The notes beneath the pieces are model-generated. The model was not told the DNA's origin. It ran no database searches and saw only the letters and a program-made list of their open reading frames with translations. From assembly GCF_004010195.1 (NCBI RefSeq), contig NC_057719.1:58153823-58217822 (forward strand): a stretch of DNA of 64,000 bases, given 5' to 3'. A program made the position numbers and the translations under genes. Below are positions 22,830 through 35,606 of the stretch, one piece after another. The stretch's first letter is position 1, and each line of letters begins with the position of its first letter. The stretch comes from Chiloscyllium plagiosum (taxonomy: Eukaryota).

Positions 22830-25689
22830 ATAAGTTGAGGGTGCTGACTAACAGATAGCTTATGACATCAGTGTTATAATGGAGGCGTGGTTCAGAGAGG
22901 AGCAGGACTGGCAACTAAATATTGTGGAGTCATAATCTTCAGGTGAGATGGTAGGGTGGGGGGAGGACATTCTAAAAGAAGAAGTGGTGCCACAGTATAA
23001 TTATGAAATCAATTACGAATATCTTGGAAGATATTTCATTTGAGGCTACACAGGTAGAATTTGATAACAAAAAACGGCACAATCACATAGCTGGGAGTGC
23101 ATGAGACCCCCAGACAACCAGAAAGAGGTAGAAGGTCATATATGTAAGCCAATTTCAGAGAAGTATGAAAATAATAGGATAATAATGATGCAGAATGTCA
23201 ACTTCCCAACATTAAACATCACACAACACCGGGTTATAGTCGAACAGGTTTATTTAGAAGTACAAACTTTTGGAGTGCTGCTTCTTCTTCAGGTAGCCAC
23301 CTGGTGTTGCGTGATTTTTAACTTTGTCCACTCCAGTCCAATACCAGTACCTCCACTTAATTTTTCCCAATATTAACAGGGACAGACAAAGCATGGAAGG
23401 TTTAGAAGGTGGAGTTCTTAAAATATATCCAGGAGAGCATTGTAAACCAGAATGTAGAAAAGTCCTGCAAGAGATGGGCAGCACTGAATCTAATTTTGGG
23501 AAATGAAACTGGGCAAGTGGAATAAGTGTCAGTGGGAGAGCATTTCAGCGATAGTGACCATAACATGTTAAGATTTAAGGTAGTCATGGAAAATGACACA
23601 GATGGACCAGAAATATAGGTTTTCAATTGAGGAAAGATGGTCTTAAGACAAGACAGGATGTGGCCCAAGTGGACTAGAAGCAGGTAATTGTAATAAAAAT
23701 TACATGGAACAGAGGGAGTCTTTCTAAAAGAAAATAGTGAAGTTCAGATGAACATGATCCTGTAAAGGTGAAGAGTTGGACCAAAAACTTCAGAAAATAC
23801 TGGACATCAAGGAGTGTACAAGATGAGATAAGTTAAAAAAAGGGAAACTATGATAGATACTGAGGGCTCAGAACATTAGAAGTCTAGAGACACACAGAAA
23901 GTGCAGCGGGTTATTTGAAAAGAAATCAGGAAAGTGAAGAGTGGGTATGAAAAATTACTGGTGGGTTCTGGAAGGACAATCCAAAGACATTTAAAGTATT
24001 TTACTGGCAAGTGGAAAAACAAGGAAGAGTGGGGTACATTAGGGACCTATGTAATAAGCTGTGGGTGGAGCCGGAAGTCGGAGAAGTTTAAATGAGCACT
24101 TTACACCTGTATTCACGATGTAGGTACAGAAATCAGGGAAGAAAACTATGTTGTACTTGAACAAATTACAAATGAGAGAAAGAGATATTAGTGGATTTAG
24201 TGGACTGCAAATTGAATGTCCCCAGGCCCAAATTAAGTAAATCTCAGGTTGTTGTGGGAGGCAAGGGAGGAGGTGGCAGGGACTCTGACAAATGTTCAAA
24301 TCCTCTCTGAACACAGCAGATATATCACTGAACTGGAGAATGTCAAATGAGATACCATTTTTCACAAAGTGTGAGGATAAATCAGGGAACTACGGGCCAG
24401 TGAATCCAACAATGATAGGTAAACTATTTGAAAAGGTTCTAAGCAATAGAATTAATCTCAACTTGGAAAAGCAAGGGTTAGTCAGGGGTGGGGGGGTCAC
24501 AGCATGGCTTTGTCAAAGGGGATCATGTCTGACAGATTTGATTGAGCTTTTCAAGATGACAACTAATGTGAGGATGAGGGCACTACAGTGGATGTAATTC
24601 ATGCAGACTTCAGTGAGGCTTTTGACAAGGTCTTGCATGGGAAATTGGTCAAGAAGGTAAGAATCCATGGGATCCAGGAAAATTTGCAACTTAGAGACAA
24701 AATTTGCTTAGAGATGGGAGGCAGGAGGGACAGCCTTGTTAACCACTTTGTTTTTGAAATTTAAAACTTGTGTCCAGCACAGGATTTGATGCTGGGTCCC
24801 TTGTTATTTGTAGAGTACTTTAATGATCTAGAGTGGAGGTGGTTTAAATCATTAAGTACGTTCACAGATGACATGAAAATTTGTGGTGTGGTAAATAGCA
24901 AGAATGGAATCCTCGAACCATATGATATGGATGGGCTGATCAGATGGCAGAACAATGTTAAATGGAAGTTTCTCCTGAAAAGTGCATGGTGATGCATTTT
25001 GAAAGGCTAATAAGGCAAGAGAACACATGATAAATGGTAGGACCTCAGGATATTCAAAGGATTAGAAGGACTTTGATGTGCAGATTCATGCACATGGTGC
25101 ACATGTTCTTGAGGCAACAGATAGGTGGAAAAAGTGGTTAACAAGGCATATGGGATACTTATCTTGATCAGAATAGGGTCAGAATACAAGAGCAGGGAGG
25201 TTATGATGCAGCTTTACAAGTCATTAATTCTATCTCAATGGGGGTACTGTGTGTACTTCTGGTTGTCACATTGTACAATGGATATGATTGAACTGGAGAG
25301 GGTGCAGAAGGGATGTTGCCTGAGATGCACCATTTCAGCTATGATGAGTGCCTGGATAGGCTGTGGTTCTTTACCTTATATCATTATGGGGGGACCTGGG
25401 AGGGGAGGAACCTCAAGAAGGTCCTAGATAGAGTCGATAGAAAGAAGCATTTTCCTATAGTATAGGAATTAATAAACATTTAAAGTGAAGGGCAGGAGGT
25501 GTACAGTGGATTTCAGGAAGATCACCTGAGAGGGTGGTAAATTTCTGAAAGGGTTGTAGTGGTGGAAACCATTGCAATATTTTTAAAGTTTTCACTTGAA
25601 GCATCATAACATAAGGTCTCCTGGACTATATGCTGCAAATAGGACCAGAGTCAATTGTGCTTGATAGCTGATGTGGACACAATGAGCCA
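22830..25689 (+). mobile_element. Decayed near-full CR1 ORF2 (endonuclease to RT) and tail
   Basis: Endonuclease motifs (RPPDNQKEVEGHIC..., 'cagcgatagtgaccataac'), RT ORFs at 24292, 24768 and 25125; tail resumes after the PLE at ~27176. Confidence 0.88.
23216..23363. mobile_element. Short fold-back PLE-derived element, 13-bp TSD
   Basis: TTCCCAA(C/T)ATTAA at 23203-23215 and 23364-23376; same family as 5547 and 8299; right arm internally deleted. Confidence 0.8.
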
Positions 25690-27164
25690 TGGGCACTTAC
25701 ATGGGCCCTGGCTACGCCTGCTTCTTTGTCGGTTATGTTGAACAGTTCCTCTTCAGTATGTACACCAATATTGGTTCACAACACTTCTGCCATTATGTAG
25801 ATGACTGCATTAGTGCTGCATCCTGCAGCCAGACTGAATTGGAGCAGTTCATCAGATTTGCTAACAATGTCCACCGCACCCTCAAATTCACTTGAGGGTG
25901 AATCTATCTCGGTCTATCTCGGCACCTCCCTTCCCTTTCTTGACCTCTCTAATTCTATCTCTAGCAACGGTTTACAGGCCAACATTTACTATAAACCCAC
26001 AGACTCTCATAACTACCTGGACTGCACCTCCTCCCACCCCAAATCCTGCAAAAACTCCATCCTGTTTACCCAATTCCTCTGTCTCCATTGCATCTGCTTT
26101 GACAAGGAGACGTTCCACTCGCAAGCATCCCAGGTGTCCTCTTATTTCAAACAATGTTTTTTTCTCCCCTCTGTCATCCTGACAGCCCTCCACCACAACT
26201 CCTCCATTCTCCACTCCACTGCTCTAAACCACCCCCGCCAACGTAAGAAAGATAGGGTCCCCCCTTGTCCTCACTTTCCACCCCACCAGTCCCCATATCT
26301 AATGGATCTTCCTCAAACACTTCCACTAAGTCCAATTAGACCTCACCACCAAGAATATCTTCCCCTCCCTACCCCTCTCTGCCTTCCGCAAGGACCGTTC
26401 CCTTCATCACTTCCTGGTTCGTGCTACAATCCCCACCAATCCCTCCCCACCCCAAACCGCCAGTACCTTATCCTGTAAATGAAAAAGATGCAATACCTGC
26501 CCATACACCATTTCCCTCACCTCCATCCAGGGCCCCAAACAGTCCTTCCAGGTGAGACAAAGGTTCACCTGCATCTCCTCCAACCTAGTTTATTGTATCC
26601 GGTGCTCCCAATGTGGTCTTCTCTACTTCAGGGAAACCCAACCTAGACTGGGTCCATTTCGAAGAGCCTCTTTGCCAGGCCTGAAAAGGCCAGCTTGACC
26701 TCGTGGTCACCGCCCATTCCAATTCCCTTCCCATTCCCCTCTCCTACATGCCCACAGTGAATCAGACCACAAATTGGAGGAGCAACATCTTATCTTCCAT
26801 CTGGGCAGCCTTAACATTGAGTTCTCCAATTTCAAATAATCTTCCAACCTCAACTTCCTTTCTTGCCCCACCTCCTCCCTTCCATTCCACCTACTGATCC
26901 TGCCTTCCAGCTACCAACCAGATTCATCCCTCCCATCGACCATTCAGGTTGTACCTGTGTTCACCTATCACTACCTCACCATTGCGCCCCTCTCCCCACC
27001 CCACCTCCTTATCTGTAGCTCTCCCACCCCACCTCCATTCCTGAAGAAGGGTTATACCCGAAATGTTGACTTCTCCACCTCCTGATGCTCCTGGCTTGCT
27101 ATGTTCTTCTGGCCTCCTGTTTGTTTACTTTGGATGCCAGTATCTGCAGGTTTTTTTGTCTCTA
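25690..27164 (+). mobile_element. 5'-truncated Penelope-like retroelement (Neptune-like): RT C-terminal half, Cys-rich linker, GIY-YIG, 3' UTR with hammerhead
   Basis: MGTYMGPGYACFFVGYVEQ...YVDDC; SLPFLDL; IYYKPTDSHNYLDCTSSHP; RCNTCPYT; RFTCISSNLVYCIRCSQCGLLY; TSD ACAATGAG(C/T)CA at 25679-25689 and 27165-27175; stops and frameshifts present. Confidence 0.92.
27041..27067 (+). ncRNA. Hammerhead ribozyme motif in PLE 3' UTR (stem III likely CpG-decayed)
   Basis: CTGAAGA-a-GGGT tat ACCC-GAAA-TG-TT. Confidence 0.5.
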
Positions 27165-27312
27165 ACAATGAGTCAAAAGGCCTCTTCCAGTGACGTAAAA
27201 CAATGACTCTATTTATTGAGACAAAAAACAAAAATTTAGGATGGCTGAAACTAATTTGCATCACCGAGACACAGAACATTTCCTTGGAACAGAGATGGAG
27301 ACCCTCTACAGA

Positions 27313-28113
27313 TGTAACGATATCATAAAGTGTGCACTGACTCTTTGATGTTTCATCAAGATGAAAGATGGTTCATTGAAACATAGCGACTGGGGACATT
27401 AAAAAGATATCAACCAATGGAGCTATCACATGATGTCCAAAGAAATACTATGTAAGATATTAGATATTTTTGTAACATAGGACCAACTTGGAAAGTAATC
27501 ACGTGACCAGTTGTGTGTGTGAATGATGAATTTGAATTTGTAGTGATTGATACAGGACAGCAGGGGTTTATAGCAACTCTCTTCCTTTCAAAGGCATAAA
27601 CCAGCCAGAAAACCTCTTGCTGCAAGCAGAGAATTTTAAAGAAATATTTTCAATCCAGCAACAGAGATTCCAGGAGAAGGGAATTTATCACTAATCTGCA
27701 AAGCAACTCCTTTCATCTGAGCCAAAACATCTGAGCACTGGACCTCTATCAACTTCAATTTTTAATCTATAGTTTCCATTTGGTCAAGCAACCTCCAATA
27801 TCCTCGACTGTTCTATTTTTCTCCAGGTTTGGGTTTTTATGAAGTTATTTGTGTGTGTTAACAGGAAGTTAGTCATAGATGTACAGCTGGTTTGTGGTAT
27901 TTTCTACTCAAAGAAGGTTTTAGCAATACAAATAACTCTCGTCAAATTTAACTCAAGAATGTCTACCTGGCTTAATTTTTACAAGTTGCACTCAACAAAC
28001 TACAGACTGAATTGACAATTCACCATCCTATATTGAAATTCAAACATTTGTTACAATCAATCAAGGAAGTAGGAAAATAAGAAAACCAGGCACTCCTCCT
28101 TGTTGGCAGCAAC
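27313..28113. mobile_element. Possible old solo LTR
   Basis: ~800 bp bounded by tgtaacgat...gcagcaaca; no TSD seen. Confidence 0.25.
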
Positions 28114-28129
28114 ACTTTCTTGATTTGGT

Positions 28130-28665
28130 TTAATATATTATTGCCACATATACTGAATACAGTGAAAAGTATATTTGGGTAATAGAACAGAGTGCAGAAT
28201 ATAATGTTATAGCTACAGAGAAGGTGCAGAGAAAGATCAAATCAAATCTATGAGAGGTCTATTCATAAATCTGATAATAGTGGGGAAGAAGTTGTTCTGA
28301 TTTCTGTTCGTACATGTTTTTCAAACTTCTGTACCTTCTGTCCGATTGAAGAGGTAGAAGAGAGTGTCATCAGAGTGGGAGTGGTCATCAATAATGTTGG
28401 CTGTTTTCCCGAGGCAACAGGAATGATAGACAGAGTCATTGGAAGAAAGGCTGGTTTTCATGATGGACTGGGCTTGTTCACAATTCTCAATAATTTCTTG
28501 CACTCTTAGGCAGTGCAGTTGCCATACCAAGCTGTGATGCATCTGGATAGAATGCTTTCTATGGTGTAGCTTCAAAAATTGGTAAGTCATTGTGGATATG
28601 CCAAACAACTTTAACCTTCTGAGGAAGTAGAAGCACTGATGTGCTTTCTTGATAGTAGCATCAAC
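28130..28665 (-). mobile_element. Rex1/Babar LINE 3' end
   Basis: ORF 28321-28608 (FGISTMT..., AQSIMKTSLSS..., ANIIDDHSHS..LF) is homologous to 22380-22700. Confidence 0.8.
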
Positions 28666-28959
28666 ATGGAAAAAATAGGCAAAAATCCATCCATCACCTT
28701 AAATTTTCACTCCTTTCATGACCTGAGCACAGGCATAGAGACAATATCTTCACCATATGTATCACTGACCCTTCAACGTTCCTGGGTCAAAACTCTGGAA
28801 TCCCTATCTAACATTATGGAAATACCTTCAGACGCAGATGACAGTGATTCAAGAAGGTCACATCACATGCCAACACTATTCAAAGTGTTTGATGACAAAG
28901 ACCTTTTTTTGAAAAGTAATTCTTTCATGGGATGTAAATGTCACCAGCAAGGCCAGAAT

Positions 28960-29655
28960 TTGTAGCTCATTCCTTTGTACGTAGTGAACTTGAATTTGCC
29001 TCATTGATTACCTACTTTGCTCTTCTGGTGCCCTCTTGTCAGATTACATCCCCACATTACACTGTGCTGCTCCTGGAACATCTTGCCACTGAGCAGATCT
29101 CGGCCAAAAGTCTAGCATTCCTTGTGCCCGTGTCACGTTTGAAAGGTTGTTGTGCACCTGGACAAGCACTGTTGCTCTGGAGCTGCCCTGCACAATTCCT
29201 GACATATGCCCTGCATGTGGAAGGGAAATTGGCACACTGCTCCACAGACAAGATCCTGGAGAACCTACTGGATGGTGTAGTGTAGACACAATGTTCTCTT
29301 CCTCCAGTACTAGCACACCACCAGACCATGCCAGTGAGGTCAGAGGTTGTTAGTTCAGTGCAGTCTCTACCATGTGGAAGAATATACAATAGTGTAGGAA
29401 GAATTATCTCTTCCACTTTGCCAGCATAAGTACCACCACCTTCTCTCCAATATCACACACTCACTCTCTCGGATTCTGCACCCACATGAAAATGTTATTT
29501 ATAGAAAATGGGGCTGCTGGGTTGGCCAGCAAAACTTATCCATCCTGAGGGCTATACCATTCTTCTGTGGCATGCAATATCTTCTCTACTCATTCTACCT
29601 ACCAAAACTACTGACATCATGAACCCAGCACGCTCTCTGCATTGTCTACTCACTT
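28960..29655 (+). mobile_element. Probable Harbinger/PIF remnant with a decayed Myb/SANT-like ORF; may continue at 33300-34250
   Basis: GKLAHCSTDKILENLLDGVV...HHQTMPVRSEVV..SAVSTMWKNIQ*CRKNYL resembles the MSANTD/NAIF1-type Myb domain. Confidence 0.45.
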
Positions 29656-31500
29656 AGAGTCATAGAGTAATAGAGATGTACAGCATGGAAACAGACCCTT
29701 CTGTCCAAATCATCCATGCAGACCATATATCCTAACCCAATCAAGTCCCAGCTGCCAGCACCTGGCCCATATCCCTCCAAACCCTTCCTATTCATATACC
29801 CATCCAGATGCCTTTTAAATGTTGCAATTGTACTAACTGCCGCCACTTCCTCTGGCAGCTCATTCCATGCACATACCACCCTCTGCATGAAAAGGTTGCC
29901 CCTTAGGTCTCTTTTATATCTTTCTCCTCTCAACCTAAACATATGCCCTCTAGTTCTGGACTCCACCACCCCAGGGAAAAGACCTTGTCTATTTATCCTA
30001 TACATGCCCTCATGATTTTATAAACCTCTATAAGGTCACCCCTCAACCTCCGATGCTCCAGGGAAAACAACCCCAGTCTATTCAGCCTCTCCCTATAGCT
30101 CAAATCCTTGTAAATCTTTTCTGAAACCTTTCAAGTTTCACAACATTCTTCCAATAGGAAGGACACCAGAATTGCACGCAATATTCCAACAGTGATCTAA
30201 CCAATGTCCTGTACAGCCACAACATGACCTCCCAACTCCTGTACTCGATACTCTGACCAAGGAAAGCATACCAAACACCTTTACAATCCTATCTACCTGC
30301 GACTCTACTTTCAAGGAGCTATGAACCTGCACTCCAAGGTCTCTTTGTTCAGCAACACTACCTAGGACCTTACCATTAAGTGTGTAAGTCCTGCTAAGTT
30401 TTGCTTTCCCAAAATGCAACATCTCACATTTATCTAAATTAAATTGCATCTGCCACTTCTCAGCCCATTGGCCCATCTGGTCAAGATCCTGTTGAAATCT
30501 GAGGTAACCCTCTTCGCTGTCCACTACACCTCCAATTTGGTCTCATCAGCAAACTTACTAACTATACCTCTTATGCTCACATCCAAATCATTTATGTAAA
30601 TGACGAAACATAGTAGACCCAGCACCAATCCTTGTGGCACTCCACTGGTCACAGGCCTCCAGTCTGAAAAACAACCCTCCACCACCACCCTCTGTCTTCT
30701 ACTTTAAAGCCAGTTCTGTATCCAAATGGCAAGTTCTCCCTGTATTCCATGAGATCTAACCTTGCTAACAAGTCTCCCATGGGGAACCTTGTCGAACACC
30801 TTACTGAAGTACACATAGATCACATCTACTGCTCTACCTTCATCAATCCTCTTTGTTACCTCTTCAAAAAACTCAATCAAGTTTGTGAGACATGATTTCC
30901 CATGCATAAAGCCAAGTTGACTATCCTTAATCAGTTCTTCCCTTTCCAAATACAAATACATCCTGTCCCTCAGGATTCCCTCCAACAACCTGCCCACCAG
31001 TGACGTAAGGCTCACTGGTCTATAGTTCCCTGGCTTGTCCTTACCACCTTTCTTTAATAGTGGCACCATGTTAGCCAGTCTTCCGGCCCCTCACCTGTGA
31101 CTATCGATGATACAAATATAAGAGGCCCAGTAATCAGTTCCCTAGTTTCCCACATAGTTCTAGGGTACACTTGATTGGATCCTGGGGATTTATCCACTTT
31201 TATGCATTTCAGGTCTTCCAGCACTTCCTCCTTTTTCAAGATGTCACCATCTATTTCCCTACAGTCAATATCTTCCATGCCCTTTTCCAAAGTAAACACT
31301 GATGGAAAATACTCGTTTAGTATCTGCCCCATCTCCTGCAGCTCCACACAAAGGCTGCCTTGCTGATCTTTGAGTGGCCCTATTCTCTTCCTAGTTACCC
31401 TTTTCTCCTTAATGTATTTGCAAAATCCCTTTGGATTCTCCTTAACTCTATTTGCCAAAGCTACCTCATGTCCCCTTTTTGCCCTCCTGATTTCTCTCTA
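29656..31500 (-). mobile_element. HER1/CR1 LINE, 5'-truncated
   Basis: Collinear RT ORFs 31054-31458, 30704-31069 (PGNYRPVSLTS...KSCLTNLIEFFEEVT), 30138-30524 and 29646-30005; tail 'agagtcatagag'. Confidence 0.95.
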
Positions 31501-33298
31501 AGGATCCAGGGGGCACGAAAAAGACTTGGCAAGAAGGATTAGGGAGAACCCAAAGGCATTTTACTCATACGCGAGGAATAAAGAATGATCAGGGAGAAGG
31601 TAGGGCCGATTAGGGATAGAGTAGGGAACTTGTGCGTGGAGTCTGAGCAGATAGGGGAAGCCCTAAATGAGCTTTTTCCCTTGGTTTTCACAAAGGAAAG
31701 GGACCTTGTTGTGAATGAGAACTTTGAGGAGCTGGGATACAGGCTTGACCAGATCAAGATTGATGAAGTTGATGTGCTGGAAATTTTGGAAAACATTAAT
31801 GTTGATAAGTCCCCAGGGCCAAACCAGATTTATCCTAGGCTGCTCCGAGAAGCGAGAAAGGAGGTTGCTAGGCCACTGGCGAAGATCTTTGCCTCCTCAC
31901 TCTCCATGGGAGTCATACTGGAGAATTGGAAGGAGGCAAATGTTGTTCCTCTTTTCAAGAAGGGTAATAGGGAAATCCCTGGCAATTAGAGACCAGTCAG
32001 TCTTACGTCTGTGGTCAGCAAGGTTTTGGAAAGAATTCGGAGGGATAGGATTTATGACTATTTGGCAAATCATAGTGTGATTAAAGGCAGTCAGCATGGC
32101 TTTGTGAGGGGCAGGTCATGCCTCACAAATCTTATTGAGTTCGTTGAGGAGGTGACAAGACAGGTCGACTAAGGTAGAGCAGTGGATGTGCTGTATATGG
32201 ACTTCAGCAAGGCATTGGATAAGGTTCCCTGTGGTAGGGTCATTCATAAAGTCAGGAAGTATTGGATACAGGGAGATTTGGCTATCTGGATTCAGAATTG
32301 GTTGGCTGACAGAAGGCTGAGAGAGGTTGTAGATGGGAAGTATTCTGCCTGGAGGTCAGTGTTGAGTGGGATCCCTCAGGGCTCTGTTCTTGGGCCTCTG
32401 CTCTTTGTAGTTTTTATAAATGACTTGGATGAAGAGTTTGAGGGGTGGGTTAGTAAATTTACAGATGACACAAAGGTTGGAGGTGCCGTCGATAGTTTCG
32501 AGGGCTATTGGAGGCTGCCGCATGACATAGACAAGATGCAGAGCTGGGCTGAGAAATGGCAGATAGAGTTCAACCTGGATAAATGCGAAGTGATGCATTT
32601 TGGAAGGTCGAACTTGAATGCTTAATATAGGATTGGCAGTGTGGAGGAACAGAGGGATCTTGGTGTGCAAGTATGCATCAAAGTTGTCACCCAAGTGGAT
32701 AGGGTTGTCAACGAAGCCTACAAAGGCTTTCATTAACAGGGGGATTGAGTTTAAGAGCCACGAGTTTTTGCTACAGCTCTACAAGTCCCTGGTGTGACCA
32801 TACTTGGAATATTGTGTCCAGTTCTTGTCGCCCTACTATAGGAAAGGTACAGAGGCTTTGGAGAGGGTGCAAAGAATGTTGAATAAACTCGGACTTTTTT
32901 CTCTGGAGAGAAGAAGGAAGAGAGGTGACCTGATCGAAGTATACAAGATAATGAGAGGAATAGATAGAGTCAATAGCCAGAGACTTTTCCCCAGGGTAGG
33001 ATTGACTGGTACGAAGGGTCATAGTTTTAAGATATTAGGAGAAAGGTATAGAGGGGATGTCAGAGGAAGGTTCTTTACGCAGAGAGTTGTGAATGCATGG
33101 AATGCGTTGCCAGTGGTGGTGGTGGAAGCAGAGTCATTAGGGACATTTAAGCGACTGCTGGGCACGCACATGGATAGCAATGAGTTGAGGGTAGCGTAGG
33201 TTAAGTTATTTTATTTTACATTAGGATTAACCCTCGGCATAACATCGTAGGCCAAGGGGCCTGTTCTGTGCTGTACTTTTCTATGTTCTATGTTCTAA
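31501..33298 (+). mobile_element. CR1 LINE of a different subfamily, 5'-truncated
   Basis: ORFs 31585-31989, 32182-32625 ([21 protein letters not shown]...KFTDDTK) and 32804-33199; tail ctatgttctatgttcta. Confidence 0.95.
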
Positions 33299-33299
33299 C

Positions 33300-34250
33300 A
33301 CCTTGCATGGCCCATACTTTGCCTACTCACTTGCTTGGGACATGTCCACAACCACAGCTAAGAAGTAACAGCCGTGCCAAATCATTTTCATCTCTCTTTC
33401 TCCCTCATTCCAAAAAGAAAACAATCTATAGTAATGTAGAAGAGAAAAGATGGGGTTGAGTTGGCTGATACTAAGCTCCTTATCTCTAACTCTGACCACC
33501 TCCAGCAGCTGACGGATCATGGCTCTGGATTCATACTGAAGCTTTAACCAAAGGCAATATCCCTTGACCTGACTGAAGAGTTCTTATAATGAAGACAAGC
33601 TTCCTAGCTTTATGTCTGCACTGAACAGCAAGGCAAGACAGCAATGCTGTGAGCCTGCTACCTCTGGCTAAGGAACAAGATACAAAATGGCAAGGCAAAG
33701 CAAGACAGAATGCTATGTTCATCAAGACAGGCTTGAAATGAGTGATTGCTTGATCCAGTCCATGAACTAGATGCAGAGCTAAGAGCAAAGTTCTTGCTGC
33801 AGCATTGCAATGACAGTTTACGTTGCAATATTGCAATGCAGAAGCACACCAAATGAATTAGAGATTGCTAGGAGTGCTCTTACAGGCTAGATGGCAAATG
33901 TTTATGTCCAATGTCTAACATGGAGGTCCTTTGGGGTAAACAGCAAGCTGCAGTCACCAGGAATCCACTCTGAAAGTCAAAACTTTCAACATCTAGTTTG
34001 TTTTTCAGGGATGACAGAATAGCGAGCTGTACGTTAACAAGGTGAGGTGTGCATTGATATGGTCATTTACAAACAATGATCCTCCCTAACAAGTTGTCTG
34101 ATAGGAGCCTCATCTCAATTCCAAAAACTTGGTTAAAAAAAAATACATGTTGCTCTCAACGTTGAAACAGGCCTCATGTGATTGTGCCACATTCCTCACC
34201 ATATACCATGTCATTGAAACTACTATAAAAAAGTTCCTCCCAAGGTTACT
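33300..34250. repeat. Old interspersed repeat, homologous to ~45700-46900 (possibly Harbinger internal sequence)
   Basis: 33590-33660 'aagcttcctagctttatgtctgcactgaacagcaaggcaagacagcaatgctgtgagcct' vs 46290-46350 'aagctgcctggctttgtttttgcactaatcagcaaggcaacacaagtactgtgagcct'. Confidence 0.5.
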
Positions 34251-34431
34251 GAAAATGTGTGAAACAAAATAATTTACTGCTTATATTAGCATTCATTCAC
34301 TTAGCATTCAGATTAAATATTTATTATTATAAAATAAATAGCCGAGTGAAACACAATGTTTACAAACAAATCAATCTCTGCCTTGAAGTTATCAATCTCC
34401 GCCTTGAAGACATTTAGCGTAACAAAAAAGA

Positions 34432-34577
34432 TAAATTCTTGATGTCACAAGGAATTAAGGGCTATGGGGAGAATGCAGGTAAATGGAGTTGAAATGCCCA
34501 TCAGCCATGATTGAACGGCGGAGGGGACTTGATGGGCCGAATGGCCTTACTTCCACTCCTATGTCTTATGGTCTTAT
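34432..34577 (+). mobile_element. CR1 3' tail fragment
   Basis: 'ggaattaagggctatggggagaatgcagg...atgggccgaatggccttacttccactcctatgtcttatggtctta'. Confidence 0.85.
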
Positions 34578-35567
34578 TTTCAATTTTAAGTGATATTATG
34601 TAAAAAAATCAGTAAAATAGCCAAAGGTATATTCTATGTATGTCAAAAATCCCTCGTGTCTGGCATGAAATTTATTTTGTTCAATGAATTAATAAGCTGA
34701 GTGCTGAAAACTCTTCATCTATATATCGAGCTTCTCCTCATTCTTCCAATGCCTGAAATTCTTTACTTACTATCCATATAGGGAGGATTGTAGGTTTCAC
34801 TTATATCCTCCATAGCTGGTTCCAGAATTTCTTCTGCCTCGTTTAGTATAGTGGAATGTCAATGAGTCTTCTGTTGTCAGTATAGCCGTTTCATCACCTT
34901 AACATTTTTGAAGAATTGGGTGCATGGAAGGGTGAGTGTAATAACCTCCAAAAGATGACATTTTAATAAGGTTGTTAAAAAGGTGAAAAGCAGAACACTA
35001 AAAAATAGCTATATTTACCAAAACAGAAATAATGGTTTATGTTCAAAGAACAGACAATAACAATGGAGGTAAAAATCGAAAAAGACTCGTGAAAATGCAA
35101 ATAATTTGTTTCATTCCTGCCTCTTATTTCATTTAATTCTAAATAATCCAGAATACACCTTATTCAAAAAATTAGCATTAAATGATTTCCATTATTAGTG
35201 TTCAGAAAAGACATATCTACATTGTTAAAATAAATTCTCTCAAAAATGCAGTCACACTTCATTTGCTGTCAAGAATTATCAAAAGAAAAAGTAACAGCTA
35301 TGCATTTTGTCAGGTCTAAATTCAGCTTCCAGATTGGCTCTACCACACTACTTGGGGTTGATGTATTGTGGAATTTAATTTGTGTCGTAACAGACATTCT
35401 TAAAAAGTATGCACAGTTTAAAAAGATTTTACAGACAGATTGTAAGATATATTATTCATTCAAGAAGAATTTCTTAAAATATTCTGATGAAGCAGTGACT
35501 GAGCACACACATTTTTCATGTGCTTTCAAAGGAATAGCCTCTTGCAAATGTGAATAAGCAGACTTAC

Positions 35568-35606
35568 ATATTCCTGATCAGGGAATTGAGATTTAAGATT
35601 TTCAGC
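35568..35606 (-). CDS. Weak candidate 39-bp exon (AENLKSQFPDQEY, phase 0-0)
   Basis: Acceptor ...atactgcag, donor TAT|gtaagt, open frame, length divisible by 3, non-repetitive context. Confidence 0.2.

Noticed and set aside
25801..26478. Longest ORF in the track (225 aa) as a host gene
   Set aside because: It is part of a frameshifted Penelope-like RT region with flanking TSDs.
34771..34932. Possible exons on either strand (ILNEAEEILEPAMEDISETYNPPYMD minus; YSRFITLTFLKNWVHGR plus)
   Set aside because: The minus frame lacks a compatible acceptor and the plus candidate has no supporting neighbours; indistinguishable from chance.
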